Shown piece by piece: positions 25,726 through 39,305 of a stretch of DNA of 64,000 bases. The notes beneath the pieces are model-generated. The model did no database searches. It was not told where the DNA came from and saw only the letters and a program-made list of their open reading frames with translations. How positions within the stretch are numbered: the stretch's first letter is position 1; each line of letters starts with the position of its first letter. Made by a program: the position numbers and the translations under genes. Source of the stretch: Mizuhopecten yessoensis (taxonomy: Eukaryota); the NCBI RefSeq assembly GCF_002113885.1, contig NW_018480028.1:182686-246685 (forward strand). Direction: 5' to 3'.

Positions 25726-25885
25726 NNNNNNNNNNNNNNNNNNNNNNNNNNNNNNNNNNNNNNNNNNNNNNNNNNNNNNNNNNNNNNNNNNNNNNNNNNN
25801 NNNNNNNNNNNNNNNNNNNNNNNNNNNNNNNNNNNNNNNNNNNNNNNNNNNNNNNNNNNNNNNNNNNNNNNNNNNNNNNNNNNNN
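25726..25885. other. Assembly gap (N run)
   Basis: Run of N. Confidence 1.
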
Positions 25886-26421
25886 CAAGATGTGATGATG
25901 GCTACTGAACAGAAAATATTTCTCACATTTAACCACTAAAAGTTGGAAAGTTGATAAAAACCAGCGATCAAATGATGAATAGCTGTACATGTATTCACCT
26001 ATAACTCATCTGAGAGATGTACTCTCCATCCCCACCCCAGGGATCGACTCACCGACCCCGGGGACACTTGTATTCAGCAAGTTTTCCTAGCCCTAGGAAA
26101 TCTTCTTAGGATACCTCCTTCTATCCCCCGGAACCGTTAGAAAATGAAATTTGTTGGCTTTGGGAAGAAGTAGGGATATCTATGTGTTGATAGTGTTGTA
26201 AATTGTAATACATGTAGAAACAAATATAAGGAAGATGTTAGTTGGGGCCGATAGGACAGTTCATATTAGTAAAGTCAGTGTTTAACACACAGAATCTGGA
26301 GTCGTTCAAAGTCGCTACTCAGTCAAGTAAGTACAGTAGTTTTCATTTTCACTGGTCCATGTGCAAATTCCGCAAACCCAATTTCGTTCATGATCAACAT
26401 TAAAAGTAATATGAAATTTTG

Positions 26422-26596
26422 ATTGCCTAGCCCTGGCTACCCTTATTGCCTAGCCCTGGCTACCCTTATTGCCTAGCCCTGGCTACCCTTATTGTCTAGC
26501 CCTGGCTACCCTTATTGTCTAGCCCTGGCTACCCTTATTGCCTAGCCCTGGCTACCCTTATTGCCTAGCCCTGGCTACCCTTATTGCCTAGCCCTG
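26422..26596. repeat. Minisatellite, 23-bp unit, ~7.5 copies
   Basis: ATTGCCTAGCCCTGGCTACCCTT. Confidence 0.96.
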
Positions 26597-27513
26597 CAAG
26601 CTGTATAACAATGAAATTATTATAATGAGAGTGTCTTCAATAATTAAATCTTCTGTTAACGAGGTAAGGTTTTATTTCGCAATGAAAACCAGTCCTTTCC
26701 ACTAATATCATGCTGAAAAAAAAGAAAATTTGTGTAAACCAGGACCTTAACAAAATGTTCCCCCTTGGAACCCCCCTCCTCCTCAATCTTAAAATCGATT
26801 ATAGTAGCTGATTGAGTGAATTAACTATCCCCTCTAGAGCCGAAGATCATGATGATGAACACCAAGAGAGAGGAATAATGGAATAAAAAAAACGGAGACA
26901 TTAATTATCTTTATGGAATAATTCGATTATCAGCTTTCATGTGCCTGGGATTACCCTTGAGGAGCCTCTATGAGTGATGATGGCACTAATCAAACCTTTA
27001 TGAGGCCCCTGCCGATAACTGATTAGTGGGGTCATTGCTATAAATAGTTGAGTCAGAACCATCAATGACCGACCTCTCTGTACACAAGCCAGTCTGGTCC
27101 TTCCTGTACTAAATATACTCATCATACCCTGGAACAGTCATGAGTTCACAGAAAAAAACAATCTGAAATTGCGACATTTTTCAAAATTTGTGACAAAAAT
27201 TTCATTGTAGAGTGACTGGAATTGTACCATTGCAGCTGTGCATTCCCCAAAATAAATTGCTGCACTAAATTCTTGTAATGGTGTAAACTTTTGTCCAGCA
27301 GTAAATTTTGGTTTTAAAGGGGGATTAAGCGCTCAGTTAGAGGACAATTACTTACGTCAGTCTTAAAACTCAAGTTTGAACCTTTGTGAGCCAAAGGAAT
27401 GAATGAGTTCGGCGAATCATGTGACAATGCATCACATGGTCGTTAAACAACGACTCTAGAAACCCTTGTATTAAACAAACTTTGATACCCAGTTTTTATT
27501 TCTGTACATTCAG

Positions 27514-27720
27514 GAGCTGTAACAGGAAGCATTTTACGCTGTGCCCATTTCAACAGAACCACACAAATACAGTACCCGGACATCACTGTGACCTTGACCT
27601 CTGATGGTATACCTGTCGTCAAAAACCATGTCACAGTCCAGTGTCAGGACGAAAACCATTTCTGTTACACAACCTGGAACAGGAACAAAACGACAGGACA
27701 GGTTACGTCGTTCAACCAAG
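27514..27720 (+). CDS. BMPR2: Internal coding exon (phase 1-1) of a TGF-beta family type II receptor, BMPR2/wit-like ectodomain, first half
   Basis: Acceptor TTTTTATTTCTGTACATTCAG| and donor CAAG|GTAAGA; 207 bp, stop-free: (G)AVTGSILRCAHFNRTTQIQYPDITVTLTSDGIPVVKNHVTVQCQDENHFCYTTWNRNKTTGQVTSFNQ(G). The C...CxxxxxxCYxxW...QG pattern and an exon end inside the Gly of QG resemble vertebrate BMPR2 exon 2; two N-glycosylation sequons. Orthology is inferred, not searched. Confidence 0.72.
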
Positions 27721-27809
27721 GTAAGAGACATTTAGTTATTGGGTATATATCAGACTACTGAAAAGCCTCTCTTCAGTGTTTCTTATGGTTCTTCTTTCTC
27801 AATTTCTTC

Positions 27810-30800
27810 TTCTTATAACGTGATGTCCAGGCTGTAACAGTTCTTATAACGTTATGTCCAGGCTGTAACAATTCTTATAACATGATGTCCAGGCTGTAAC
27901 ACTTCTTATAACGTGATGTCCAGGCTGTTACACTCCTTATAACGTGATGTCCTGCTGTAACAGTTCTTATAATGTGATGTCCTGCTGTAACACTTCTTAT
28001 AACGTGATGTCCAGGCTGTAACACTCCTTATAACGTGATGTCCTGCTGTAACACTTCTTATAACGTTATGTCCAGGCTGTAACACTCCTTATAACGTGAT
28101 GTCCAGGCTGTAACACTCCTTATAATGTGATGTCCTGCTGTAACAGTGCTTATAATGTTATGTCCAGGCTGTAACACTTTTTATAACGTGATGTCCTGCT
28201 GTAACAATTCTTATAACGTGATGTCCAGGCTGTTACACTCCTTATCACGTAATATCCAGGCTGTAACACTTCTTTTAACGTTATGTCCAGGCTGTAACAG
28301 TTCTTATAACGTGATGTCCAGGCTGTAACAATTCTTATAACGTGATGACCTGCTGTAACACTTCTTATAACGTGATGTCCTGCTGTAACTCTTCTTATAA
28401 CGTGATGTCCAGGCTGTAACACTCCTTATAACGTGATGTCCAGGCTGTTACACTCCTTATAACGTTATGTCCAGGCTGTAACAATTCTTATAACGTGATG
28501 ACCTGCTGTAACACTTCTTATAACGTGATGTCCAGGCTGTTACACTCCTTATCACGTAATATCCAGGCTGTAACGTAACACTTCTTATAACGTGTTGTCC
28601 AGGCTGTAACAGTTCTTATAACGTTATGTCCAGGCTGGAACAATTCTTATAACATGATGTCCAGGCTGTAACAGTTCTTATAACTTGATGTCCAGGCTGT
28701 AACAGTTCTTATAACGTGATGTCCTGCTGTAACAATTCTTATAACGGGATGTCCAGGCTGTAACAGTTCTTATAACTTGATGTCCAGGCTGTAACAGTTC
28801 TTATAACTTGATGTCCAGGCTGTAACAGTTCTTATAACGTTATGTCCAGGCTGTAACAATTCTTATAACGTGATGTCCTGCTGTAACACTTCTTATGACG
28901 TGATGTCCAGGCTGTTACACTCCTTATAACGTTATGTCCAGGCTGTAACAATTCTTATAACGTGATGTCCAGGCTGTAACACTTCTTATAACGTGATGTC
29001 CAGGATGTTACACTCCTTATAACGTGATGGCCAGGCTGTTACACTCCTTATCACGTAATATCCAGGCTGTAACAGTTCTTATATCGTGATGTCCAGGCTG
29101 TAACACTTCTTCTAACGTGATGTCCAGGCTGTTACACTCCTTATCACGTAATATCCAGGCTGTAACACTCCTTATAACATAATATCCAGGCTGTAACACT
29201 CCTTATCACGTAATATCCAGGCTGTAACACTCCTTATAACGTGATGTCCAGGCTGTAACCCTTCTTATAATGTGATGTCCTGCTGTAACACTTCTTATAA
29301 CGTGATGTCCAGGCTGTAACACTTCTTATAACGTGAGGTCCTGCTGTAACACTTATAACGTGATGTCCAGGCTGTAACAATTCTTATAACGTGATGTCCT
29401 GCTGTAACACTTCTTATAACGTGATGTCCTGCTGTAACACTTCTTATAACGTTATGTCCAGGCTGTAACAGTTCTTTTAACGTGATGTCCAGGCTGTAAC
29501 AGTTCTTATAAAATGATGTCCTGCTGTAACACTTCTTATAACGTGATGTCCAGGCTGTAACGGTTCTTATAACGTTATGTCCAGGCTGTAACAGTTCTTA
29601 TAACGTTATGTCCAATCTGTAACAATTCTTATAATGTGATGTCCAGGCTGTAACACTTCTTATAATGTGATATCCAGGCTGTAACACTTCTTATAACGTG
29701 ATGCCAGGCTGTAACAGTTCTTATAACGTGATGTTCTGCTGTAACACTTCTTATAACGTGATGTCCAGGCTGTAACAATTCTTATAATGTGATGTTCAGG
29801 CTGTAACACTTTCTTATAAAGTGATGTCCAGGCTGTAACAGTTCTTATAAAGTGATTTTCTGCTGTAACACTTCTTATAACGTGATGTCCAGGCTGTAAC
29901 AGTTCTTATAACGTGATGTTCAGGCTGTAACACTTCTTATAAAGTTATGTCCAGGCTGTAACACTCCTTATAACATAATATCCAGGCTGTAACACTTCTT
30001 ATGACGTGATGTCCAGGCTGTAACAGCTCTTATAGCGTGATGTCCAGGCTGTGACAGTTCTTATAACGTTATGTCCTGCTGTAACCCTTCTTATAACGTT
30101 ATGTCCTGCTGTAACCCTTCTTATAACGTGATGTCCAGGCTGTATAACGTTATGTCCAGGCTGTAACAGTTCTTAGTTAAGGCTGTAACTCTTCTTATAA
30201 AGTTATGTCCAGGCTGTAACACTTCTTACTTATAACATGATGTCCAGGCTGTAACACTTCTTATAACGTGATGTCCAGGCTGTAACAGTTCGTATAACGT
30301 GATGTCCAGGCTGTAACAGTTCTTATAGCGTGATGTCCAGGCTGTAACAGTTCTTATAACGTTATGTCCAGGCTGTAACAGTTCTTATAACGTTATGTCC
30401 TGCTGTAACACTTCTTATAACGTAATATCCAGGCTGTAACACTCCTTATCACGTTATGTCCAGGCTGTAACAGTTCTTATAACGTTATGTCCAGGCTGTA
30501 ACACTTCTTATAACGTGATGTCCAGGCTGTAACACTTCTTATAACGTGATGTCCAGGCTGTAACACTTCTTATAACGTGATGTCCAGGCTGTAACACTTC
30601 TTATAACGTGATGTCCAGGCTGTAACACTTCTTATAACGTGATGTCCAGGCTGTAACACTTCTTATAACGTGATGTCCAGGCTGTAACACTTCTTATAAC
30701 GTGATGTCCAGGCTGTAACACTTCTTATAACGTGATGTCCAGGCTGTAACACTTCTTATAACGTGATGTCCAGGCTGTAACACTTCTTATAACGTGATGT

Positions 30801-33015
30801 CCAGGCTGTAACACTTCTTATAACGTGATGTCCAGGCTGTAACAGTTCTTATAACGTGATGTCCAGGCTGTAACAGTTCTTATAACGTGATGTCCAGGCT
30901 GTAACAGTTCTTATAACGTTATGTCCAGGGTGTAACAGTTCTTATAACGTTATGTCCTGCTGTAACACTTCTTATAACGTAATATCCAGGCTGTAACACT
31001 CCTTATCACGTTATGTCCAGGCTGTAACAGTTCTTATAACGTTATGTCCAGGCTGTAACACTTCTTATAACGTGATGTCCAGGCTGTAACACTTCTTATA
31101 ACGTGATGTCCAGGCTGTAACACTTCTTATAACGTGATGTCCAGGCTGTAACACTTCTTATAACGTGATGTCCAGGCTGTAACACTTCTTATAACGTGAT
31201 GTCCAGGCTGTAACACTTCTTATAACGTGATGTCCAGGCTGTAACACTTCTTATAACGTGATGTCCAGGCTGTTACACTTCTTATAACGTGATGTCCAGG
31301 CTGTAACACTTCTTATAACGTGATGTCCAGGCTGTAACACTTCTTATAACGTGATGTCCAGGCTGTAACAGTTCTTATAATGTGATATCCAGGCTGTAAC
31401 ACTTCTTATAACGTTATGTCCAGGCTGTAACAGTTCTTATAACGTGATGTCCTTCTGTAACACTTCTTATAACGTGATGTCCAGGCTGTAACACTTCTTA
31501 CAACATTATGTCCAGGCTGTAACACTTCTTATAACGTGATGTCCAGGCTGCAACACTTCTTATAATGTGATGTCCTGCTGTAACACTTCTTATAACGTGA
31601 TGTCCTGCTGTAACACTTCTTATAACGTGATGTCCTGCTGTAACACTTCTTATAATGTGATGTCCTGCTGTAACACTTCTTATAACGTGATGTCCAGGCT
31701 GTAACACTTCTTATAACGTTATGTCCAGGCTGTAACACTTCTTATAACATAATGTCAAGGCTTTAACACTTCTTATAACGTTATGTCCAGGCTGTAACAG
31801 TTCTTATAACGTTATGTCCAGGCTGTAACCCTTCTTATAACGTGATGTCCAGGCTGTAACAGTTCTTATAACGTGATGTCCAGGCTGTAACACTTTCTTA
31901 TAACGTGTTGTCCAGGCTGTAACACTTCTTATAACGAGATGTACAGGCTGTTACACTCCTTATCACGTAATATCCAGGCTGTAACACTCCTGATAACATA
32001 ATATCCAGGCTGTAACACTCCTTAATTATCACGTAATATACAGGCTGTAACGTAACACTTCTTATAACATGATGTCCAGGCTGTAACACTTCTTATAACA
32101 TAATGTCAAGGCTTTAACACTTCATATAACGTTATGTCCAGGCTGTAACAGTTCTTATAACGTGATGTCCAGGCTGTAACAGTTCTTATAACGTGATGTC
32201 CAGGCTGTAACACTTCTTATAACATAATGTCCAGGCTGTAACACTTCTTATAATGTGATGTCCAGACTGTAACACTTCTTATAATGTGATGTCCTGCTGT
32301 AACACTTCTTATAACGTTATGTCCAGGCTGTTACACTCCTTATCACGTAATATCCAGGCTTTAACACTTCTTATAACGTTATGTCCTGGCTGTAACACTT
32401 TTTATAACGTAATGTCCAGGCTGTAACACTTCTTATAACGTGATGTCCAGGCTGTAACACTCCTTATAACGTGATGTCCTGCTGTAACACTTCTTATAAT
32501 GTGATGTCCTGCTGTAACACTCCTTATAACGTGATGTCCTGCTGTAACACTTCTTATAATGTGATGTCCTGCTGTAACACTCCTTATAACGTGATGTCCT
32601 GCTGTAACACTTCTTATAACGTTATGTCCAGGCTTTAACACTTCTTATAACATAATGTCAAGGCTTTAACACTTCTTATAACGTTATTTCCAGGCTGTAA
32701 CACTTCTTATAATGTTATGTCCTGCTGTAACCCTTCTTATAACGTGATGTCCAGGCTGTAACACTCCTTATAACGTGATGTCCAGGCTGTAACACTTCTT
32801 ATAATGTGATGTCCAGGCTGTTACACTCCTTATCACGTAATATCCAGGCTTTAACACTTCTTATAGCGTGATGTCCAGGCTGTTACACTCCTTATCACGT
32901 AATATCCAGGCTGTAACACTCCTTATAACATAATATCCAGGCTGTAACACTCCTTAATTATCACGTAATATCCAGGCTGTAACGTAACACTTCTTATAAC
33001 ATGATGTCCAGGCTG
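27810..33015. repeat. Large minisatellite, 31-bp unit (30-bp variant), ~5.2 kb, ~170 copies
   Basis: TTCTTATAACGTGATGTCCAGGCTGTAACAC with variant ...GTCCTGCTG... Confidence 0.98.
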
Positions 33016-33017
33016 CA

Positions 33018-33525
33018 AATGTTGTCTGCTTGTCACCCAGTTTTGTGTGGAGTTTGGGTATTTGTAATGTTGTCTTCTTGTCACCCAGATTTGTGTGAGT
33101 TTGGGTATTTGTAATGTTGTCTACTTGTCACCCAGTTTTGTGTGTGTTTGGGTATTTGTAGTGCTGTCTACTTGTCACCCAGTTTTATGTGAGTTTGGGT
33201 ATTTGTAATGCTGTCTACTTGTCACGTGCACCCAGTTTTGTGTTGAGTTTGGGTATTTGTATGGCTGTCTACTTGTCACCCAGTTTTGTGTGGAGTTTGG
33301 ATATTTGTAATGCTGTCTACTTGTCACTCAGTTATGTGTGGAGTTTGGGTATTTGTAATGTTGTCTACTTGTCACCCAGTTTTGTGTGGAGTTTGGGTAT
33401 TTGTAATGTTGTCTGCTTGTCACCCAGTTATGTGTGAGTTTGGGTATTTGTATGGCTGTCTACTTGTCACCCAGTTTTGTGTGAGTTTGGGTATTTGGGA
33501 CTGCTGCCTGCTTGTCACCCAGATT
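33018..33525. repeat. Minisatellite, 47-48-bp unit, ~10.5 copies, abutting the 31-bp array
   Basis: AATGTTGTCTACTTGTCACCCAGTTTTGTGTGGAGTTTGGGTATTTGT. Confidence 0.95.
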
Positions 33526-33821
33526 TTACTTCTGCAGTAACTAGTTCTCAAACACAGCTTATTTGACAAAGTACTTACTTGAGATTGCCGTTTAAGTAAA
33601 TAGGTCAAAGGTCAAAGTCGTCATTACTATAAATAGTGTTACGTTTGAATACTTCGGAAGGACCAATCAAGCTTGAACTTCTTACAGGACTTCGAAAGGG
33701 CTTGTTTGGAATACAAAGAAGGTAAAACTGTTTCATTGATATGAGTAGAAAATCTGTAACAAGAATTTCATTACCTTGGTTTTATTTTTCGGAATATATA
33801 TCAACTGCTAGCCACTTATCT

Positions 33822-33912
33822 TTAACTCATTCACCCCTGACGACACATTTGAACTCTTCCTATTCAATGGTTGGAATATTTCATTATGAATTTTCAGGGG
33901 TGAATGAGTTAA
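33822..33912 (-). mobile_element. 83-bp TTAA hairpin MITE, copy 5
   Basis: TTAA-CTCATTCACCCCTGA...TCAGGGGTGAATGAG-TTAA. Confidence 0.92.
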
Positions 33913-34438
33913 GCAATGGGTAACAATGAGTAGTTGCTCTCCTATACTGTGTTATTTAGAATCTAAGTAATAGGCTCAGACATCCACTTTATAAATTAAT
34001 TTACCATTGTAATGGCAAAAATGACAGAAATGGTTGCCGCAAACACATGAGTAATTTTGTCATGGTTTCTTAAAGGAAGTCTTGATGATGATAATAAATC
34101 TTTGACCTAAACTGAGTTAGTACAAATGATGTACCGTACTGCTCACAAGGTTGGAAGGATTTCGACTCAAGATTCTTTCATTACAGACAATATGTGTCCC
34201 CGTGGATGTATCTGAGCGATGTTGGGCAAAGTTCTTGTCGAAAAATGATGTGATTAGAGTTACGTGAGACTTATTGATGATGATAGAAGTCCACATTGCC
34301 TCGAGTTTGATTCTATAAACTAATACTGATGTCAGGTCAGCGCCCCCATGGCCCACATTCTTACACAATAGGTCGGTCTACCAATGTTTGATGTTACAGT
34401 ATTATAGAAGACTTAGTACTATTTACCGGTGTTATATT

Positions 34439-34954
34439 CTGGTCTCCTTGTAAATGTGCCTGCCTCAGTGTGTGCTTGTGATACCCTGGTCTCCTTGTAA
34501 ATGTGCCTGCCTCAGTGTGTGCTTGTAATACCCTGGTCTCCTTGTAAATGTGCCTTCCTCAGTGTGTGCTTGTGATACCCTGGTCTCCTTGTAAATATGC
34601 CTTCCTCAGTGTAAGCTTGTGATACCCAGGTCTCCGTGTAAATTTGTCTGCCTCAGTGTGTGTGCTTGTGATACCCAGGTCTCCTTGTAAATGTGCCTGC
34701 CTCAGTGTGTGCTTGTGATACCCAGGTCTCCTTGTAAATTTGTCTGCCTCAGTGTGTGCTTGTGATACCCTGGTCTCCTTAAGCTTGTAAATGTGCCTGC
34801 CTCAATGTGTGCTTGTGATACCCAGCTGGTCTCCTTGCAAATCTGCCTGCCTCAGTGTGTGCTTGTGATACCCTGGTCTCCTTAAGCTTGTAAATATGCC
34901 TGCCTCAGTGTGTGCTTGTGATACCCTGGTCTCCTAGCAAATCTGCGTGCCTCA
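34439..34954. repeat. Minisatellite, 47-bp unit, ~10.5 copies
   Basis: CTGGTCTCCTTGTAAATGTGCCTGCCTCAGTGTGTGCTTGTGATACC. Confidence 0.95.
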
Positions 34955-35639
34955 ACAGAACAGGGCCACTCGGAACTGTGAACACTTGAGGGCTGCACTA
35001 ATTAGCCCAGAACAATGTGGTGTCAGGGGTGTGACTTATATAGGCTCAAACTACAAAACACTGAATACAGTAGATATCCACAATGTTTGATGGTACCTAC
35101 TACAGTAGGAAACACCATACTGTAGTATTACAGTCATTGATTGGAAGGGGTTTTGTATCATGATAAAACTTTATATTAAAAACATGAAAGAAGTCAATTG
35201 AAATAAATTTGCTTGGAAATGTTCCATCACAGAATTACTTACCAAGGATACTAGTACCCATTTGTGTAACTAGAAGGAATGAAACAATATCAGAATAAAG
35301 TTATCTGACTAACAGTTATAGTAAATTACATCATTGTTCTAGAAATAAATATACATATGACATTTACGCTGCATTATGAATAATCCTCTGTGTTATTTCA
35401 TGACCAAGTAACATTATACATACTTACGTGCTTGTATAAACTGATTGAACTTGAGGATGTGGAATTGATTGATGAATACCATATTTTCCCCAGTAAGTTA
35501 GTCATGTGCTGACTAACAGGATTTAAACTTATAAAAGTTAATATCTTATAAGGAAAAACGGAAACATTAATTTGCTTTACAACAATTGAGAAACAAATTT
35601 TATCAACTTTTATTAATCAGTCTTGTTGGCCTGGAGTGA

Positions 35640-35869
35640 TTGGTTTTGACGGTTTTATGTCCGCTATTACGCCTTTAATATCTGGCCTTTCAGCAGACGA
35701 CTTGGAGTGAAGTACACCTTGGGTTTTATAATGGGTGGTAACCATAATACTTGAATAAAATTTTCTGGTCGGGCAGATGATCACATACCTTTTCACAGAT
35801 ATTGGGGAGTTAAACCCTGGCCATCTTGGTGAAAGGCTAGTGTATTATAAGTTATGTACTTCACAGCCC
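35640..35869 (-). mobile_element. Possible decayed tRNA-derived SINE
   Basis: Reverse strand GCCTTTCACCAAGATGGCCAGGGTTTAACTCCCC resembles a tRNA anticodon arm + B-box; A-box not recognisable. Confidence 0.3.
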
Positions 35870-35980
35870 AACCTCCCAATACCCAACCAAGTCAATGTTA
35901 TCAGTAATGTACTTCACCGCCCAACCTCCCAATACCCAACCAAGTCAATGTTATCAGTAATCATGGATATATTCATCCAG

Positions 35981-36177
35981 GACTGTGAAATCTGATATTT
36001 TTCGACGGACCCAAATTTCGGGGTTTTCCAACAAAAGACCGACCATTTCGTGGGTACATGAATTTGTGGATTTATATCAAACTTGTAATTGCTTTGTGGA
36101 CCAATGAATTTGTGGATAAATATTACCCATGAAATCAACGAAATTAAAAATCCATGAAAGTTAATGATTTCACAGTA
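35981..36177. mobile_element. ~200-bp MITE with CTGTGAAATC TIRs (TA target, Tc1/mariner-like)
   Basis: ACTGTGAAATC...GATTTCACAGTA; internal ATGAATTTGTGGAT and GAAATCAACGAA shared with 49687-49906. Confidence 0.75.
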
Positions 36178-38400
36178 ACTTGATGGGTAATGCTAGGATT
36201 TCCCGGTATTTGTAGAGTAGTGGTGATTGGCCAAACATATTGTTTTTCCATATTTTTTCACTTTAAATCCAAAACAGAGTTTCTTGATACTTTTATTTTC
36301 AGGTAAAAGCTGTAATAACTAATTCCTATTGGCTTAAAAACTGTCAGTAACATTTCACATTTCTCCAGAGTTTTTTTCATCACCAGAGCAAGAATTATGA
36401 ATACATTTTGAAAAATCCATATGAAGATGAACAGGACCATTGAAATGTGACAAATTAACGGTTCAGATAAAGCAAATTGAACAGATGCTGTTTTCTCTTC
36501 ACATTGACTACGGTGAAGAGGCTGATTGTACAGGCAATACCCATCGGTGTGCATGCATGCTTATGGTATAATAAAGTTATCATGTGACAAATGGCCAGAT
36601 AGAAACAGAGATGATAAGGAACCGCAAGTGGGTTAGTGATAAATCTCACACTTGAGCAGACGTTGGCAAGCACTCCACCGCACAAACGTAGCATACGCCA
36701 TGCTGGGCGCAATTTGCTAAACATGTCGACTTTCAATTTTTTTACTTCATTTTTCATATACATGTACTAGTAGATTTCTCATATTTCATAATACATGTGT
36801 ATTCATGTTTCTTTTTTAATTTCTGAATTTTTCTGGTTTTTCTTAAGTATGTGTTACATAAGTATAAGTGAGGAAATATATTTCATTAGTTTTTTGGATT
36901 TCCTTAAAATAGTGGGAAAGCAAATTGTAGAGAATTATTTGTTATACCTCGGCAGTGTACTGGCCTCATATTGTTATTTGAAGACCAGTGCCAGAGAAAT
37001 ATTAGTAGTTTGAAAATTCTAGAAACGTTAGTCAAACTGTGAATGAGTAGATTCTCTACATTAACATTATGCTATTTCATTTTTCTCTCTTGTATATCAT
37101 TTATCCTATCATTAGTCTTGTGTCAGTTTTGATTTTATGTGTTTCTCAGGTACTACTTCTGATATAAATGATCTTGTTGTGATCATAACCTTTCTAGAAG
37201 AAAACAGATATAGTGCTCGAGGGGGTTTTAACCCACTTTTATCGACGTTATTGCTTTCTGTCGGACAATGCATCCCCAAAATGACAGAGAAATGAGTAGG
37301 TAGCCCTTGACCAGCTTTTGACCATTATTATTACAACAGATTATTTTGTTGACCAAGTTATTACCTTTGTCTTGTCTTGTGAGACTTGGCCTTGGGTGCC
37401 CGATGTTTTTAGGAGGCTATATCTGATCAGTGTCATTAAGATGTATAGCAAATCTGTCGGCTTGTCAGAAATAGATATGGCCACTAATGGGTATAGAAAT
37501 CTAAAACGTTTGGTCAGATTGTTTCATTTCATAGTTTCCGTCAGAAATTTGTCATCGTTTCATCCTGAACATTTCTTTCTTTTTTGAAATACATAATTTC
37601 ATTGCAGAAACATAATTTAAGATGTTATTTTAAATATAACATAAATTCATTTCAAAACGTGTTATGCCTGCCTTCTGAAATATGACAATAATTTGATTTG
37701 AAATATGATATCTCATTTTATAACATGATGTCAATCTGATATGTGACGTGATTTCAGTCTCAAAAGTAACATACTTTCGTTAGATATGCCATCATCTTTA
37801 ACATGTTATGGCCTCATCTTTAACATGTTATGGCCTCAGTTCTCCTAAAACAGAAAAGTGGGACTGTCTGATAGATGTTAAAGTAGAAAGTCAGGTTATC
37901 TGGTGATGGAGCGCTATCAAAGAAGCTTACCTCTTCTCCTCCTCATTAACAGACCTTATTTGACCTTGCTCAAAGGTCACTCCATCTTCGTCCTAATTGA
38001 CCCAGGGATCAGTGTTTTAGAGGGGTGGAGAGAAATAGAATTGTGACTGCCTGTCAGATGAAAACGTTAACAAAGCCAGGGTTATCAATATAACATGAAC
38101 CGACTGTTTTCTGGAAGAAAATATATTGGATTTTTTCTAATAAATGTCTGTGACAACTTTCATTATGAGTCGTTAAATCGCAGGTCCATAAATATTCAGT
38201 AAAACTGCCAACTAATGGTGACCTTGGCCTTCTATCCTTAACATATTAGTGGCCTTGACCTTGTCACTCAAATTTCCAATAGTTAATAAGAACAAGAGTG
38301 TTGGTACTATTAAGTATTTAGGTGCAAGTAACATTGATAAGAAATCATGTCAGTATCACAAATAACCATCTGAAGAAGACCTGTGATGAATTTATAAGTC

Positions 38401-39008
38401 TTAAGGATCCCTGTCCTACTGCAATGTGGTTTTCCCTATATACAATAACCTCCCCTTAACGATCCCTGTCCTACTGCAATGAGGTTTTTCCTATATACAG
38501 TTACCTCCCCTTAAGGATCCCTGTCCAACTGCACTGTGTTTTTCCTATATACAGTTACCTCCCCTTAAGGATCCCTGTCCCACTGCACTGTGTTTTTCCT
38601 ATATACAATTACCTCCCCTTAAGGATCCCTGTCCTACTGCAATGAGGTTTTCCCTATATACAGTTACCTCCCCTTAAGGATCCCTGTCCCACTGCACTGT
38701 GTTTTTCCTATAAACAGTTACCTCCCCTTAAGGATCCCTGTCTCACTGCACTGTGTTTTTCCTATATACAGTTACCTCCCCTTAAGGATCCCGGTCCCAC
38801 TGCAATGAGGTTTTCCCTATATACAGTTACCTCCTCTTAAGGATACCTGTCCCACTGCAATGAGGTTTTCCCTATATACAGTTACCTCCCCTTACGGATC
38901 CCTGTCCCACTGCAATGAGGTTTTCCCTATATACAGTTACCTCCCCTTAAGGATCCCTGTCCCACTGCAATGAGGTTTTCCCTATATACAGTATAACCTT
39001 CCCTTAAC
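38401..39008. repeat. Minisatellite, 54-55-bp unit, ~11 copies
   Basis: TTAAGGATCCCTGTCCCACTGCAATGAGGTTTTCCCTATATACAGTTACCTCCCC. Confidence 0.96.
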
Positions 39009-39056
39009 TTCTATCTGGAGATAACTGTAGCACATTTTGGCGAGGGCACTTCAGTT

Positions 39057-39146
39057 GACCAGGTACGTAGCTCAATCGGTTAGACGAGCCAGATGTCCAT
39101 GGTTCGAGTCTCAGTCTAGCTCCGCTGAATTATTCTACACTCAGAA
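39057..39146 (+). mobile_element. tRNA-derived SINE head / tRNA pseudogene
   Basis: A-box-like TAGCTCAATCGG (39068-79), B-box-like GGTTCGAGTC (39101-10); anticodon arm shortened; similar to 44397-44493. Confidence 0.6.
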
Positions 39147-39305
39147 CACTATTAATTGTTGATCATATTTTATTTATTTCATCTTTATTATTTCTCATAA
39201 CAGTCCTACAATGTATGGTGTTCTTTTCCGAAGTGATTGATCAAATCTACAGTCATGTCTGAAAAAACAGTTACCAACACTGAGTTAGTTTTTGGCAGTG
39301 GTATG

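Noticed and set aside
25188-25990. ORFs of 65-146 aa
   Set aside because: They run through N gaps and low-complexity sequence.
27810-33015. CRISPR-like periodicity (here and in other 28-50 bp arrays)
   Set aside because: Units are head-to-tail with no unique spacers; no cas genes; eukaryotic context.
39057-39130. Functional tRNA gene
   Set aside because: A and B boxes are present but the anticodon arm is truncated and there is no full cloverleaf; treated as a SINE head.
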